NCBI GenBank assembly: GCA_964369635.1
Contig: CAYJGN010000001.1
Span: 8,847 to 72,846, forward strand
Direction of reading: 5' to 3'
Source of the DNA: an uncultured Oscillospiraceae bacterium
GTDB lineage: Bacteria; Bacillota; Clostridia; Oscillospirales; Ruminococcaceae
Length of the DNA stretch: 64,000 nucleotides
How positions within the stretch are numbered: the stretch's first letter is position 1; each line of letters begins with the position of its first letter. Positions 55,478-64,000 of this stretch are shown one piece after another. Both the position numbers and the translations under genes were made by a program. A model generated the notes under the pieces. That model worked only from the letters and a program-made list of their open reading frames with translations. It had not been told where the DNA came from and searched no databases.

Positions 55478-56332
55478 ATGTTTGGATATCTAACCCCCTA
55501 TAAACCTGAGATGAAGTTCAAAGAGTTTGAGGCTTATAAAACTATCTACTGCGCACTCTGCAAAGAGCTTAGCGAAAAGATAAACCCTCTTTTCAAATTC
55601 ACCCTAAGCTATGATTTTGCATTTATGGCAATGCTTTTTACCGCTCTTACCGAAAAAGAGCATACGATAACTAAATCGCGTTGCAGGGCAAATCCACTCA
55701 AAAAATGCAACTATATAAATGAAAACAAAGCACTCACCTATACCGCTTACTGCGCGGCGTCGCTAATATATCTCAAAAACAAAGATGATATTGAAGATAA
55801 AAAATTTCCAGCAAACTTTATGAACCATCTTTTAAACCCTTATTTTGCAATGGGAAACAAGAAATCTTTATCGCATTATCCCAAAGTCTGTGAAAAACTA
55901 AGTAGGCTTACTCAAAATCAATCGGTATCTGAAAAAGATAAAACACTATCAATTGATGGATATGCAGATAACAGCGCAAAAATCCTTGTTGTTATGGCGG
56001 AGGAGTTTTTTTTAGATAATTTAGACCCTGCTCTTTCAAGGTTTTGCTACCTGCTCGGCAGATATATTTATTTTTGCGATGCATATGATGACCTTCAAAG
56101 TGACAAGAAAAAAGGTGAATTTAATCCATTTTTAAGGGCAGAAAAAGAAGAAACTGCTTATTTTGAAAAACTTATAAATACGACTATTGGAGAAATTATA
56201 AATAGCTATGAAAAGCTATCATTTTATAATTTCAAAGATGTTTTAGATAATTTTATTTATTTCGGCCTTGTAGGGCGTGCACAACAATTAATCAAAAAAG
56301 AAGGGAAAGATAATAATGAACGAAGCATATAG
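55478..56332 (+). CDS. conserved hypothetical protein (DUF5685-like)
   Basis: The N-terminus MFGYLTPYKPEMKFKEFEAYKTIYCALCKEL matches my recollection of DUF5685 proteins. The assignment is tentative. Confidence 0.5.
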   Translation: MFGYLTPYKPEMKFKEFEAYKTIYCALCKELSEKINPLFKFTLSYDFAFMAMLFTALTEKEHTITKSRCRANPLKKCNYINENKALTYTAYCAASLIYLKNKDDIEDKKFPANFMNHLLNPYFAMGNKKSLSHYPKVCEKLSRLTQNQSVSEKDKTLSIDGYADNSAKILVVMAEEFFLDNLDPALSRFCYLLGRYIYFCDAYDDLQSDKKKGEFNPFLRAEKEETAYFEKLINTTIGEIINSYEKLSFYNFKDVLDNFIYFGLVGRAQQLIKKEGKDNNERSI

Positions 56333-56900
56333 AATACTTGGAGCTGAAAGAAGCGAGAGTGATGAAACGATAAAAGAAAAATATCGCTCACTCGCGCAAA
56401 AATACAGCCCAGACAAATATAGAGATAACCCACTATCCTCTCTTGCCGAAGAAAAGATGCGAGCAATAAATGAAGCATTTGATGCGATTATGGCTGAGCG
56501 ACGCGGAAACAAAGAGGCAGCAGAGAAAAAAGCGACGGCAGCTTCAAATGTTGATTACAGTGAAATTCGCAGAATGGTGCGAAGCGGACATATAGAGGAT
56601 GCCGAAGTGCTTCTTGGGGCAATTGCTGAGAATGATAGAGATGCAGAATGGCATTTTCTAAAAGGTACTGTTTTCTACTCAAAAGGCTGGCTTGAAGATG
56701 CTACTATGCATTTTAGTGAGAGCGTTCGTCAAGACCCAACTAATCGCGAATATAAAGAAGCTCACAATAGAATTATGCAGAGCCGAAACGGCGGATATAG
56801 GGGCGGCCCTGGAAATATGGGAGGTTCAAGCTGCTCGGTTTGCGATATATGTACTGCTCTAATTTGCGCTGATATGTGCTGTGATTGTGGGCCTTGCTAA
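56316..56900 (+). CDS. J-like domain / TPR-like / C-terminal cysteine-string protein
   Basis: AYRILGAERSESDETIKEKYRSLAQKYSPDKY is a J-domain helix II-III with SPD in place of HPD. The C-terminus CSVCDICTALICADMCCDCGPC has 9 Cys in 22 aa. Overlaps the upstream gene by 17 nt. Confidence 0.7.
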   Translation: MNEAYRILGAERSESDETIKEKYRSLAQKYSPDKYRDNPLSSLAEEKMRAINEAFDAIMAERRGNKEAAEKKATAASNVDYSEIRRMVRSGHIEDAEVLLGAIAENDRDAEWHFLKGTVFYSKGWLEDATMHFSESVRQDPTNREYKEAHNRIMQSRNGGYRGGPGNMGGSSCSVCDICTALICADMCCDCGPC

Positions 56901-57431
56901 ATGAGAAGCTCGAAGATTATTTCTCTTTGCGGAGTTTTCAGCGCTGTTTCAGTCGTTTTAATGTTATTTACCGGTATATTTCCTTTTTCAACCTTTTTGA
57001 TGCCGGCGATATCAGGGTTTGTTCTTTTCGCCCTCTCTCTTGAGGTCGGCAGACGAAATGCTATCATTGCTTTTTTTGCAGTTGCAATAATCTCTTTTCT
57101 CACAACTCCCGATAGAGAAGCGGCAGTTATTTTCACAGCTCTACTCGGCTATTACCCGATAGCGAAATGCTATATTGAAAAGATACGATATAAGCAGATC
57201 GCATATGTTGTGAAGGTGGTTTTGTTTAATGCTTCTATTGCATCTGTTTACTATCTTGCAATAACCCTCTTCTCACTTGAAGAGCTTGTAGCAGAGTTTG
57301 CAAAGTCTGGTTCTATAATGGTTGCAGCATTTATCGTGGTTGCAAATTTAACATTTTTAGTTTATGATTATTCACTTCATAACCTCACCGTCTTCTATCA
57401 CAGAAATATAAGAAACAAAATAAAACTATAA
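56901..57431 (+). CDS. polytopic membrane protein (ECF S-component-like size)
   Basis: 176 aa with about five TM segments. Its ATG directly follows the TAA of the J-like gene. Confidence 0.5.
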   Translation: MRSSKIISLCGVFSAVSVVLMLFTGIFPFSTFLMPAISGFVLFALSLEVGRRNAIIAFFAVAIISFLTTPDREAAVIFTALLGYYPIAKCYIEKIRYKQIAYVVKVVLFNASIASVYYLAITLFSLEELVAEFAKSGSIMVAAFIVVANLTFLVYDYSLHNLTVFYHRNIRNKIKL

Positions 57432-57433
57432 AA

Positions 57434-57470
57434 AGCTAACAGCTAATTTAAACTGTTAGCTTTGTTTTTT
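57434..57470 (+). terminator. rho-independent terminator
   Basis: AGCTAACAG / CTGTTAGCT stem followed by TTGTTTTTT. Confidence 0.7.
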
Positions 57471-57472
57471 CG

Positions 57473-57501
57473 TGGACTTTTTTATAGAAAAATGGTATAA
57501 T
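57473..57501 (+). promoter_or_regulatory. promoter of the glmS ribozyme and glmS
   Basis: TGGACT, a 17-nt spacer, then TGGTATAAT (TATAAT at 57496-57501). Confidence 0.5.
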
Positions 57502-57550
57502 AACTTATCGGACTAAAAACTTGGAGGTGAAGTAATAACAAAAAAACCGA

Positions 57551-57700
57551 GAGCGCCTGAGCCAAATTTTGGCTGACGAGGTGAGGAGTTATCGAAAAAA
57601 ATCGGCGGATGCTCCTCCGGGTGGAATTTGTTTTCCACTCGTTAATCGGCATACAAATTATGAGAGTAATCTCAAAACAAAATTGTCGAGATGAATTTGA
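57551..57700 (+). ncRNA. glmS ribozyme: glmS glucosamine-6-phosphate-activated ribozyme
   Basis: A-GCGCC cleavage-site context at 57552, and core strings GACGAGGTGAGGAGTTATCGAA....TCGGCGGATGCTCCTCCGG that match the conserved glmS core. It lies directly upstream of glmS. The 3' boundary is approximate. Confidence 0.85.
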
Positions 57701-57713
57701 AAGGTTTATTTTT

Positions 57714-59537
57714 ATGTGTGGAATAGTTGGTTATATCGGTAGTAAAAATTGTACCGATGTATTAATTGCAGGTCTCTCAAAACTTGAGTACCGAGGATAT
57801 GATAGCGCTGGTGTTTCTTTTTTTGAAAACAACAGTATCAGAACGATAAAATCAAAGGGCAGATTAAAGCTACTTGAAGAAAAACTTATTTCTTCAAACT
57901 TAAGTCCATCGAATTGCGGTATCGGCCATACCCGTTGGGCAACGCACGGTGAGCCATCAGATATCAATTCTCATCCGCATGGCAGCGGTGTTGTTTCGAT
58001 AGTGCATAACGGCATTATTGAAAACTACCTTGATATTAAAAAACACTTAATTAAAAAAGGATATCAGTTTGAGTCTGAAACCGATACCGAAACTGTCTCA
58101 AAGCTACTTGAAGATAAATATAGCGGCGACCCGATATCCGCTATAAAAGAAACAGTTGAAGAAATTCGCGGCTCTTATGCTTTTGGTATAGTCTTTGGCG
58201 ATTTTCCAGATACGATTTACGCAATAAGAAAAGAGAGTCCTTTGATCGTTGGGCTCTCAGAAGGTGAGAATTTTATTGCAAGCGATATTCCAGCGATACT
58301 TAAATACACTAAAGACTACCACCTACTGGAAGAAAATGAAATAGCGATAGTTAAAAAGGATTCAGTTAAAATTATCGACCTCTATCAAAACGAAATTAAA
58401 AAAGAGCGCCTTACTGCAAATTTTGATATCGAGGCAGCAGAAAAAGGCGGATACCCGCATTTTATGCTAAAAGAGATTAATGAGCAGCCAAAGGCACTAA
58501 GAGATACGATCAATCCCCGAATTGGCGAAAACGGCCTTCCAAATTTCGGTATAGAAAATCTCACGATTGAAAATCTCAAAAAATACAATAAAATCCATAT
58601 TGTCGGTTGTGGTACCGCTATGCATGCAGGAATGGTCGGCAAAGCTTTAATCGAAAAGCTCGCGAGAATTCAAGTGGATGTTGATATAGCTTCTGAATTC
58701 CGCTACCGTGACCCTATAATCAATAAGGAAGATCTTGTTATAATAATCAGCCAATCTGGCGAAACAGCAGACACTCTTGCAGCTCTTAAACTTGCAAAAA
58801 GACATGGATGCCATGTTATTGGTATTGTGAATGTTGTCGGTAGTAGCATAGCGCGCGAGAGCAATAGCGTTATCTATACCTGGGCAGGACCTGAGATATC
58901 TGTCGCTTCAACTAAAGCATACTCAGTTCAGCTCTCTGTTCTTTATATGCTTGCAATTAATTTAGCTTTTGCAAGGGGAAGCATAACAGAAGAAGAGGCT
59001 ATCTCCCTCTTCTCAACTCTTTGTGAAATTCCATCACTTGTTGAAAAATGCCTTTTAAATGATGAAGAGATAAAGCAGTATGCTTCTCTTTTTATCAACT
59101 GCAAAGATTTATTCTTCCTCGGACGCGGACTTGATTACTCAGCATCCCTTGAGGGTTCATTAAAACTTAAGGAAATTTCATATATCCATAGTGAAGCATA
59201 CGCTGCTGGTGAGCTAAAACACGGAACAATCTCGCTCATTACCGATAATATCCCTGTCCTTGCAGTCGCAACACAGCAAAAGCTTCTCGAAAAGATGGTC
59301 TCAAACATTAAAGAGACGAAAGCTCGCGGTGCAAAAGTATTGATTTTCTGCAAAGAAAGCACCTCCGATCTTTCAGACTGTTCAGATTACAGGGTAAATA
59401 TCCCCGATTGTCCCGACCTATTCACCCCGCTTCTATCAGCTGTGCCACTTCAGCTTTTTGCTTATTATAGCTCGGTTATCAGAGGTTGCGATGTTGATAA
59501 ACCTCGAAATCTCGCAAAATCAGTTACAGTTGAATAA
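57714..59537 (+). CDS. glmS: glutamine--fructose-6-phosphate aminotransferase
   Basis: Starts at MCGIVGYIG (the catalytic Cys2). Two SIS domains and a C-terminal KSVTVE. The ORF-track start at 57609 lies inside the ribozyme. Confidence 0.95.
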   Translation: MCGIVGYIGSKNCTDVLIAGLSKLEYRGYDSAGVSFFENNSIRTIKSKGRLKLLEEKLISSNLSPSNCGIGHTRWATHGEPSDINSHPHGSGVVSIVHNGIIENYLDIKKHLIKKGYQFESETDTETVSKLLEDKYSGDPISAIKETVEEIRGSYAFGIVFGDFPDTIYAIRKESPLIVGLSEGENFIASDIPAILKYTKDYHLLEENEIAIVKKDSVKIIDLYQNEIKKERLTANFDIEAAEKGGYPHFMLKEINEQPKALRDTINPRIGENGLPNFGIENLTIENLKKYNKIHIVGCGTAMHAGMVGKALIEKLARIQVDVDIASEFRYRDPIINKEDLVIIISQSGETADTLAALKLAKRHGCHVIGIVNVVGSSIARESNSVIYTWAGPEISVASTKAYSVQLSVLYMLAINLAFARGSITEEEAISLFSTLCEIPSLVEKCLLNDEEIKQYASLFINCKDLFFLGRGLDYSASLEGSLKLKEISYIHSEAYAAGELKHGTISLITDNIPVLAVATQQKLLEKMVSNIKETKARGAKVLIFCKESTSDLSDCSDYRVNIPDCPDLFTPLLSAVPLQLFAYYSSVIRGCDVDKPRNLAKSVTVE

Positions 59538-59671
59538 AAAAATTTATTTTCTATAAATTATATCAAACTTTACCAGTAAGTTAGCTTTTTAACTACAGCT
59601 GTTTGATTGATATAATCAGTAAAAACAACATATTATTAAAGCAAAAGGCTAACATTCATCTTATATTATTA

Positions 59672-59707
59672 AAAGACAGCTAACTAATATAGTTCGCTGT
59701 CTTTTTG
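59672..59707 (+). terminator. terminator after glmS
   Basis: AAAGACAGC / GCTGTCTTT stem followed by TTG. Confidence 0.5.
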
Positions 59708-59815
59708 TTACAGTATTCATATCTAATAGATATAATTTTTTTGTTGCAATTTCTGTTTTTCTCGTGTATAATAGTAATTGTTTTAAATATATTTAGATTG
59801 GTGGGTATCTAAAAG

Positions 59816-61399
59816 GTGTTAGTTATTTTATTCTTTTTACTTTTTCTTTTTAATAACTTTTTATACTTAGAGCTTGTCGAAAGAATATTCAATTCAAATT
59901 ATGGGATATTGAAAAAACTTTCGTTTGGTTTAATTTCAGGTACTTTAGGAACGGTAATGCTTGTGTTTTTTGAGAGCATGTCCGCACTTGGGTATACAAT
60001 TATGCTCGTTGTATATCTGTTAACAACATTTTTCCATTATCCAAAACAAGCAGCATTATCAAAAATTTACGTTGTACTCCAATTTAATTTTCATATAATG
60101 GCTGTTCGAGCTATTGTCGCCTCTATATACTCAATTGTTTCAGGACAGTCTATATATGCTTTATCGCAAAATTTAACCACCTTTTGGATTATCCTAATAC
60201 TAACAACTATTGTTTGCATAATTGTTTCAACTGTAATCCTAAAATTTATCTCTAAGAATTTTTTCAGTTTTGTAACCGAAAAAGCAGGATATCTCAAACT
60301 AATCATTGTACTTTTAACATTTGCAAATGTTTATTTTATAGTAAGCGGAAATATCTACATATACGAAATAGATTATTGGTTGCTTCAGCTAAACCAGATT
60401 ATTAGTGCACTTTGCTGGGTCGCAGCAAGTTACTCATCTATTTTCATGCTCGTTTCAATAGATACTCTTCGAAAACGCCGCGAAAATTTAGAAAAAGCAA
60501 CAATCTATAAGCAGCTTATCGAAAGTCGTTCACTCGTCGTTATGGAAGTTAATTGCACAAAAGATATTGTTACCAGTAATATTGTTCGTGGAAAAACAAT
60601 TGATATCCCCTTTTCATCATTCTCAGAATATATTAAAACTTCGCATAAAAACAGAGTTCACCCTGAAGATTATGAAAAAGCAGTCGCATTTGAGTCGATT
60701 GGGAATATTCTTGAAAATTTTAAAAACAACATAACAGAAATCACAAACTACTCAAGAATGCATGCATACAGTGAGGATAATAACTACAAATGGCTTCGAA
60801 CATCTATCTCAATAAGAAAAGATATTAAAAGAGATGAAATTTTAGCTGTTATAACGGTTTTCGATGATATTGATGACCATATGACAAGGCAAAGCGAACT
60901 ATCGCATAAAGCAGATTTAGACCCTCTGCTCGGTTCCTATAACAAGGCAGCCACCGAACGCTTAATATCAGAGCATCTTAATACCGATAAACAAGGAATT
61001 ATCTTTATGATTGACCTTGATAACTTCAAAGCTATTAACGATAATTTCGGCCACGTTTATGGCGACAAAGTCTTAAAAGAAGTTTTCGAAAAAATTAAAA
61101 GAAGCTTCCGCTCTGATGATATTATAGGTAGAATTGGCGGCGATGAATTTATTGCATTTATCAAAAACACTGCCGAAACTGAAGATATAATTAAAAAAGC
61201 GGACGTTATCTGCAAAAACATTAAGAAAGATTATATCGAAGATGGCGTAACCGTAACTCTATCTTCAAGTGTCGGAATAGCAATAGCACCGAGCAACGGT
61301 ATATCTTTTAAAGAGCTTTACCATTGCGCTGATCTTGCTATGTATGAGCGCAAAAAAAATAACAAGAACGGATACTGTATCTACTCGAACAAAATATAA
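59816..61399 (+). CDS. membrane-bound diguanylate cyclase (GGDEF)
   Basis: About six N-terminal TM segments, a PAS-like middle region, then DLDNFKAINDNFGH...RIGGDEFIAF. GTG start. Confidence 0.8.
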   Translation: MLVILFFLLFLFNNFLYLELVERIFNSNYGILKKLSFGLISGTLGTVMLVFFESMSALGYTIMLVVYLLTTFFHYPKQAALSKIYVVLQFNFHIMAVRAIVASIYSIVSGQSIYALSQNLTTFWIILILTTIVCIIVSTVILKFISKNFFSFVTEKAGYLKLIIVLLTFANVYFIVSGNIYIYEIDYWLLQLNQIISALCWVAASYSSIFMLVSIDTLRKRRENLEKATIYKQLIESRSLVVMEVNCTKDIVTSNIVRGKTIDIPFSSFSEYIKTSHKNRVHPEDYEKAVAFESIGNILENFKNNITEITNYSRMHAYSEDNNYKWLRTSISIRKDIKRDEILAVITVFDDIDDHMTRQSELSHKADLDPLLGSYNKAATERLISEHLNTDKQGIIFMIDLDNFKAINDNFGHVYGDKVLKEVFEKIKRSFRSDDIIGRIGGDEFIAFIKNTAETEDIIKKADVICKNIKKDYIEDGVTVTLSSSVGIAIAPSNGISFKELYHCADLAMYERKKNNKNGYCIYSNKI

Positions 61400-61445
61400 A
61401 TAATCTCCGCTATCTAAACTACGAAAAATTCACCTGTTATCGTGT

Positions 61446-61617
61446 AGGGAGATGGCTTGCCATGTCCGCCAAATTCCAGTAAACTTGCGGTCAAGGCAAG
61501 CCGTGTCCTCTTGCAATATTGTCGCACTTTTCGCATTCGCTCAAATTGCTCTGTATTGCGGCGCTTCGCTCTATTCGCTTTATCCGCCACAGGCGGCGCT
61601 CATTCGCTCGCCCTACA
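61446..61617. other. 172-bp GC-rich structured island in an AT-rich convergent intergenic region
   Basis: Bounded by GTAGGGAGA / TCGCCCTAC (one mismatch). Internal stems are GGCTTGCC/GGCAAGCC, GCAATA/TATTGC and CCGCC-ACA-GGCGG. There is no convincing start codon or RBS. Confidence 0.5.
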
Positions 61618-61693
61618 AAACATCTGAAAGATTTACGGAAACCCAGAACACCGCAAAATATAAATTTTCTTTACCAGTTGTTTTAATAAACAG

Positions 61694-61729
61694 AAATGGA
61701 TGTGAACTAAAGTTCACATCCATTTTTTT
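61694..61729. terminator. bidirectional terminator (GGDEF gene and nspC)
   Basis: AAATGGATGTGAAC / GTTCACATCCATTT 14-bp stem with loop TAAA, then TTTTTTG. Confidence 0.75.
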
Positions 61730-61762
61730 GAAGCTATTTATTTAATTTGATAAAATAATAAC

Positions 61763-62890
61763 TTATAGCCTATCTTTAAAATCGCTATATCCAAACTCTT
61801 TTATTATTTCGCACTCTCCGCTCTCTCGCAAAATCGAAATTGACGGTAGTGGCATACCGTTAAAAGTATTGTTTTTTACCATCGAGTAGATAGCCATATC
61901 CTTAAAAATCAGCTTATCCCCTATATTAAGTCTCTCATCAAAGCTATAATCCCCTATTATATCACCGGTAAGACAGGTAGGGCCTGCAAGTCGATAGCTA
62001 TGCTCTTTATCCCCCTCTTCACCGCTTTTATATAGAGGCGGCCTATATGGCATCTCAATAACATCAGGCATATGGCATGCAGCAGAGGTATCGAGTATTG
62101 CTATCTCTTTGCCGTTTTCTATGATATCCAAAACAGTTGTAACGAGATAACCAGCATTAAGCGCCACTGCCTCACCTGGCTCTAAGTAAACCTCTACATC
62201 ATACCGCTCTTTAAAACTCTTTATAGTGGATACGAGCAGCTCTATATCATAGTCATCTCGTGTTATGTGATGGCCACCGCCGAAGTTTATCCATTTCATA
62301 CGGCTAATATACTGCCCAAACTTCTCTTCAAAGGCTTTAAGGGTCAAAACAAAATCATCGCTATTCTGCTCGCATAGAGTATGGAAATGAAGCCCTTCAA
62401 TTCCATCAAGTAGATCAGCTCTGAAATTATCAGCAGTAACGCCCATTCTTGAATATGGCGCACAGGGGTCATAAATCTCATGAGAACCTGTTTGACACTC
62501 TGGATTTACTCGAATTCCAAAGCTTTTTCTGCTGTTTATTGCCTTTTCTCTGTACCTCTCCCACTGGGAGAATGAATTGAATATTATATGATCACAAATA
62601 TCTATAATCTCATCAATCTGATCGTCTCTGTATGCGGCGGAAAACACATGGGTTTCGCCACCCATCTCCTCAGCCCCGAGCTTTGCTTCAAAAAGACCGC
62701 TTGCAGTTGTCCCCGAGAGATATTCACCGATTAGCGGATAGAGAGAGTATGCAGAAAATGCTTTTTGTGCAAGCAGAATTTTGCAGTTCGCCCTCTCTGC
62801 CACCGACTTTAAAATCTTCAAATTTCCCTTCAGTTTTGCCTCATCAATAACATAGCAAGGAGTTGGAAGACTTAATATATTGCTATTCAT
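61763..62890 (-). CDS. nspC: carboxynorspermidine/carboxyspermidine decarboxylase
   Basis: 375 aa with a PLP-dependent decarboxylase fold III pattern (PCYVIDE..., GGGHH). Coupled by ATGA overlap to the upstream saccharopine-dehydrogenase-like gene, which is the classic CANSDH-CANSDC pair. Confidence 0.8.
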   Translation of the reverse strand: MNSNILSLPTPCYVIDEAKLKGNLKILKSVAERANCKILLAQKAFSAYSLYPLIGEYLSGTTASGLFEAKLGAEEMGGETHVFSAAYRDDQIDEIIDICDHIIFNSFSQWERYREKAINSRKSFGIRVNPECQTGSHEIYDPCAPYSRMGVTADNFRADLLDGIEGLHFHTLCEQNSDDFVLTLKAFEEKFGQYISRMKWINFGGGHHITRDDYDIELLVSTIKSFKERYDVEVYLEPGEAVALNAGYLVTTVLDIIENGKEIAILDTSAACHMPDVIEMPYRPPLYKSGEEGDKEHSYRLAGPTCLTGDIIGDYSFDERLNIGDKLIFKDMAIYSMVKNNTFNGMPLPSISILRESGECEIIKEFGYSDFKDRL

Positions 62891-64000
62891 CAGTCTACCA
62901 AAACAGGGTTTACATCCTCTTCAAAAGGAAGTCCCCATTTCCCGATAACATCCATAAACGGATCTGGGTCAAACTCCTCAACGTTATAAACGCCCGGTTT
63001 ATTCCAAACCCCCTGCATCATAAGCATAGCACCAACCATCGCTGGTACTCCTGTTGTATAGGAAATTGCCTGGCTACCGACCTCTTTAAAGCACTCTTCA
63101 TGATCGCAAACGTTATAGATATAATGATGTTTTGTAACACCGTCTTTTTTACCTGTGAAGATACATCCGATATTAGTCTTGCCTTTTGTTCTGGGACCGA
63201 GCGAAGCAGGGTCTGGCAATACCGCCTTTAAGAACTGAAGCGGTACTATTTCGCGCCCCTCATAGATAATTGGCTCAATAGAGGTCATACCAACGTTTTG
63301 CAGACAGGTTAGGTGGTTTATATAGCTCTGTCCAAATGTCATAAAGAAGCGAATTCTCTTTATACCTGGGGTATTTATAGCAAGACTCTCAAGCTCCTCG
63401 TGGTATAGAAGATACATATCCTTATCCCCAACACCCTTAAAGTTATACTCCCTTTTTATCTCAAGCGGTTTTGTCTCGATAAACTCCCCATTCTCCCAGT
63501 ATCTGCCGTTTGCAGTTATCTCACGAATATTTATCTCAGGGTTGAAGTTTGTCGCAAATGGGTAGCCGTGGTCACCGCCGTTGCAGTCGAGGATATCGAG
63601 GTAGTTTATCTCATCAAAATGATGCTTTAGCGCATATGCTGTGTAGATACCTGTAACTCCTGGGTCAAATCCGCAACCGAGAACAGCGCAGATACCAGCC
63701 TTCTCAAATCTCTCTTTATATTCCCATTGCCATTTATATTCAAATTTTGCAGTCTCTATTGGCTCATAGTTTGCGGTATCAAGATAGTGGGTTTTTGTTG
63801 CAAGACAAGCATCCATAATATTCAAATCATTATATGGCAGCGCTAAATTCACAACAACATCAGGCTTATAATCATTTATAAGTGCAATTAGTGCTGGAAC
63901 ATCATCTGCATCTATCTGCGCAGTTGTGATTTTTGTTTTAGTTGTTCCTTCGAGTTTTTCTTTTAGCTCATCGCATTTTGATTTAGTTCTTGAAGCTATC
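62890..64000 (-). CDS. carboxynorspermidine synthase (saccharopine dehydrogenase family), N-terminus beyond the window
   Basis: The frame stays open to 64000; the ORF track shows only the part after an internal Met. Motifs YLDTANYEP and GCGFDPGV. Confidence 0.75.
   Translation of the reverse strand, partial: IASRTKSKCDELKEKLEGTTKTKITTAQIDADDVPALIALINDYKPDVVVNLALPYNDLNIMDACLATKTHYLDTANYEPIETAKFEYKWQWEYKERFEKAGICAVLGCGFDPGVTGIYTAYALKHHFDEINYLDILDCNGGDHGYPFATNFNPEINIREITANGRYWENGEFIETKPLEIKREYNFKGVGDKDMYLLYHEELESLAINTPGIKRIRFFMTFGQSYINHLTCLQNVGMTSIEPIIYEGREIVPLQFLKAVLPDPASLGPRTKGKTNIGCIFTGKKDGVTKHHYIYNVCDHEECFKEVGSQAISYTTGVPAMVGAMLMMQGVWNKPGVYNVEEFDPDPFMDVIGKWGLPFEEDVNPVLVD

Noticed and set aside
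57609-57713. N-terminal 35-aa extension of glmS in the ORF track
   Set aside because: GlmS must begin Met-Cys (MCGIVGY), because Cys is the N-terminal nucleophile. The extension overlaps the glmS ribozyme core.
61452-61745. 97-aa ORF across the GC-rich island and terminator
   Set aside because: It has no RBS, it runs through a strong terminator hairpin, and its sequence looks like translated structured DNA.

Overview
AT-rich chromosomal segment from a spore-forming Firmicute, Clostridia-like by gene content. All family calls come from reading motifs in the translations; no searches were run.

Gene order, left to right:
- 1-11.4 kb, minus strand: a conserved housekeeping block. It holds tig, a metallophosphoesterase, thrC, an M19 dipeptidase, yraN, rnhB, rbgA, lepB, rplS, a split B12-type radical SAM pair, and an M23 peptidase plus M50 site-2 protease pair.
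- 11.8-21.5 kb: a 2270-aa surface adhesin downstream of a 7TMR-DISM histidine kinase and OmpR-type regulator.
- 21.8-28.9 kb: a cell-wall and spore-cortex cluster (nucleotidyltransferase, Amidase_3, GHL10 protein, SleC-like lytic enzyme encoded as two ORFs).
- 29.0-29.6 kb: an isolated Vat-type streptogramin acetyltransferase.
- 30.7-47.8 kb: a 17-kb catabolic locus. It combines a BMP-family ABC importer with three tandem binding-protein paralogs, two SIS proteins, a nucleoside hydrolase, a PfkB kinase, a BtpA/SgcQ protein, a GntR regulator, a 2-hydroxyacid dehydrogenase, a LarA-like protein and a nitroreductase.
- 48.0-48.7 kb: tRNA-Leu(GAG) preceded by three near-identical 195-bp tandem units, each carrying the last 18 nt of the tRNA.
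- 48.7-64.0 kb: TspO, an indolepyruvate oxidoreductase operon with two PaaK ligases and an ACT protein, mntP, a three-gene module (DUF5685-like, J-like Cys-string, membrane protein), the glmS ribozyme and glmS, a membrane GGDEF protein, and nspC with carboxynorspermidine synthase.

Most noteworthy:
- the tRNA-linked 195-bp array;
- the hybrid nucleoside/Amadori-like catabolic locus with its mosaic binding-protein duplication;
- GC-rich four-way-junction terminators;
- an M50 protease whose HExxH motif lies upstream of any canonical start codon;
- the J-like (HPD to SPD) Cys-string operon.

No CRISPR array, integrase, transposase or recognisable defence genes were seen.
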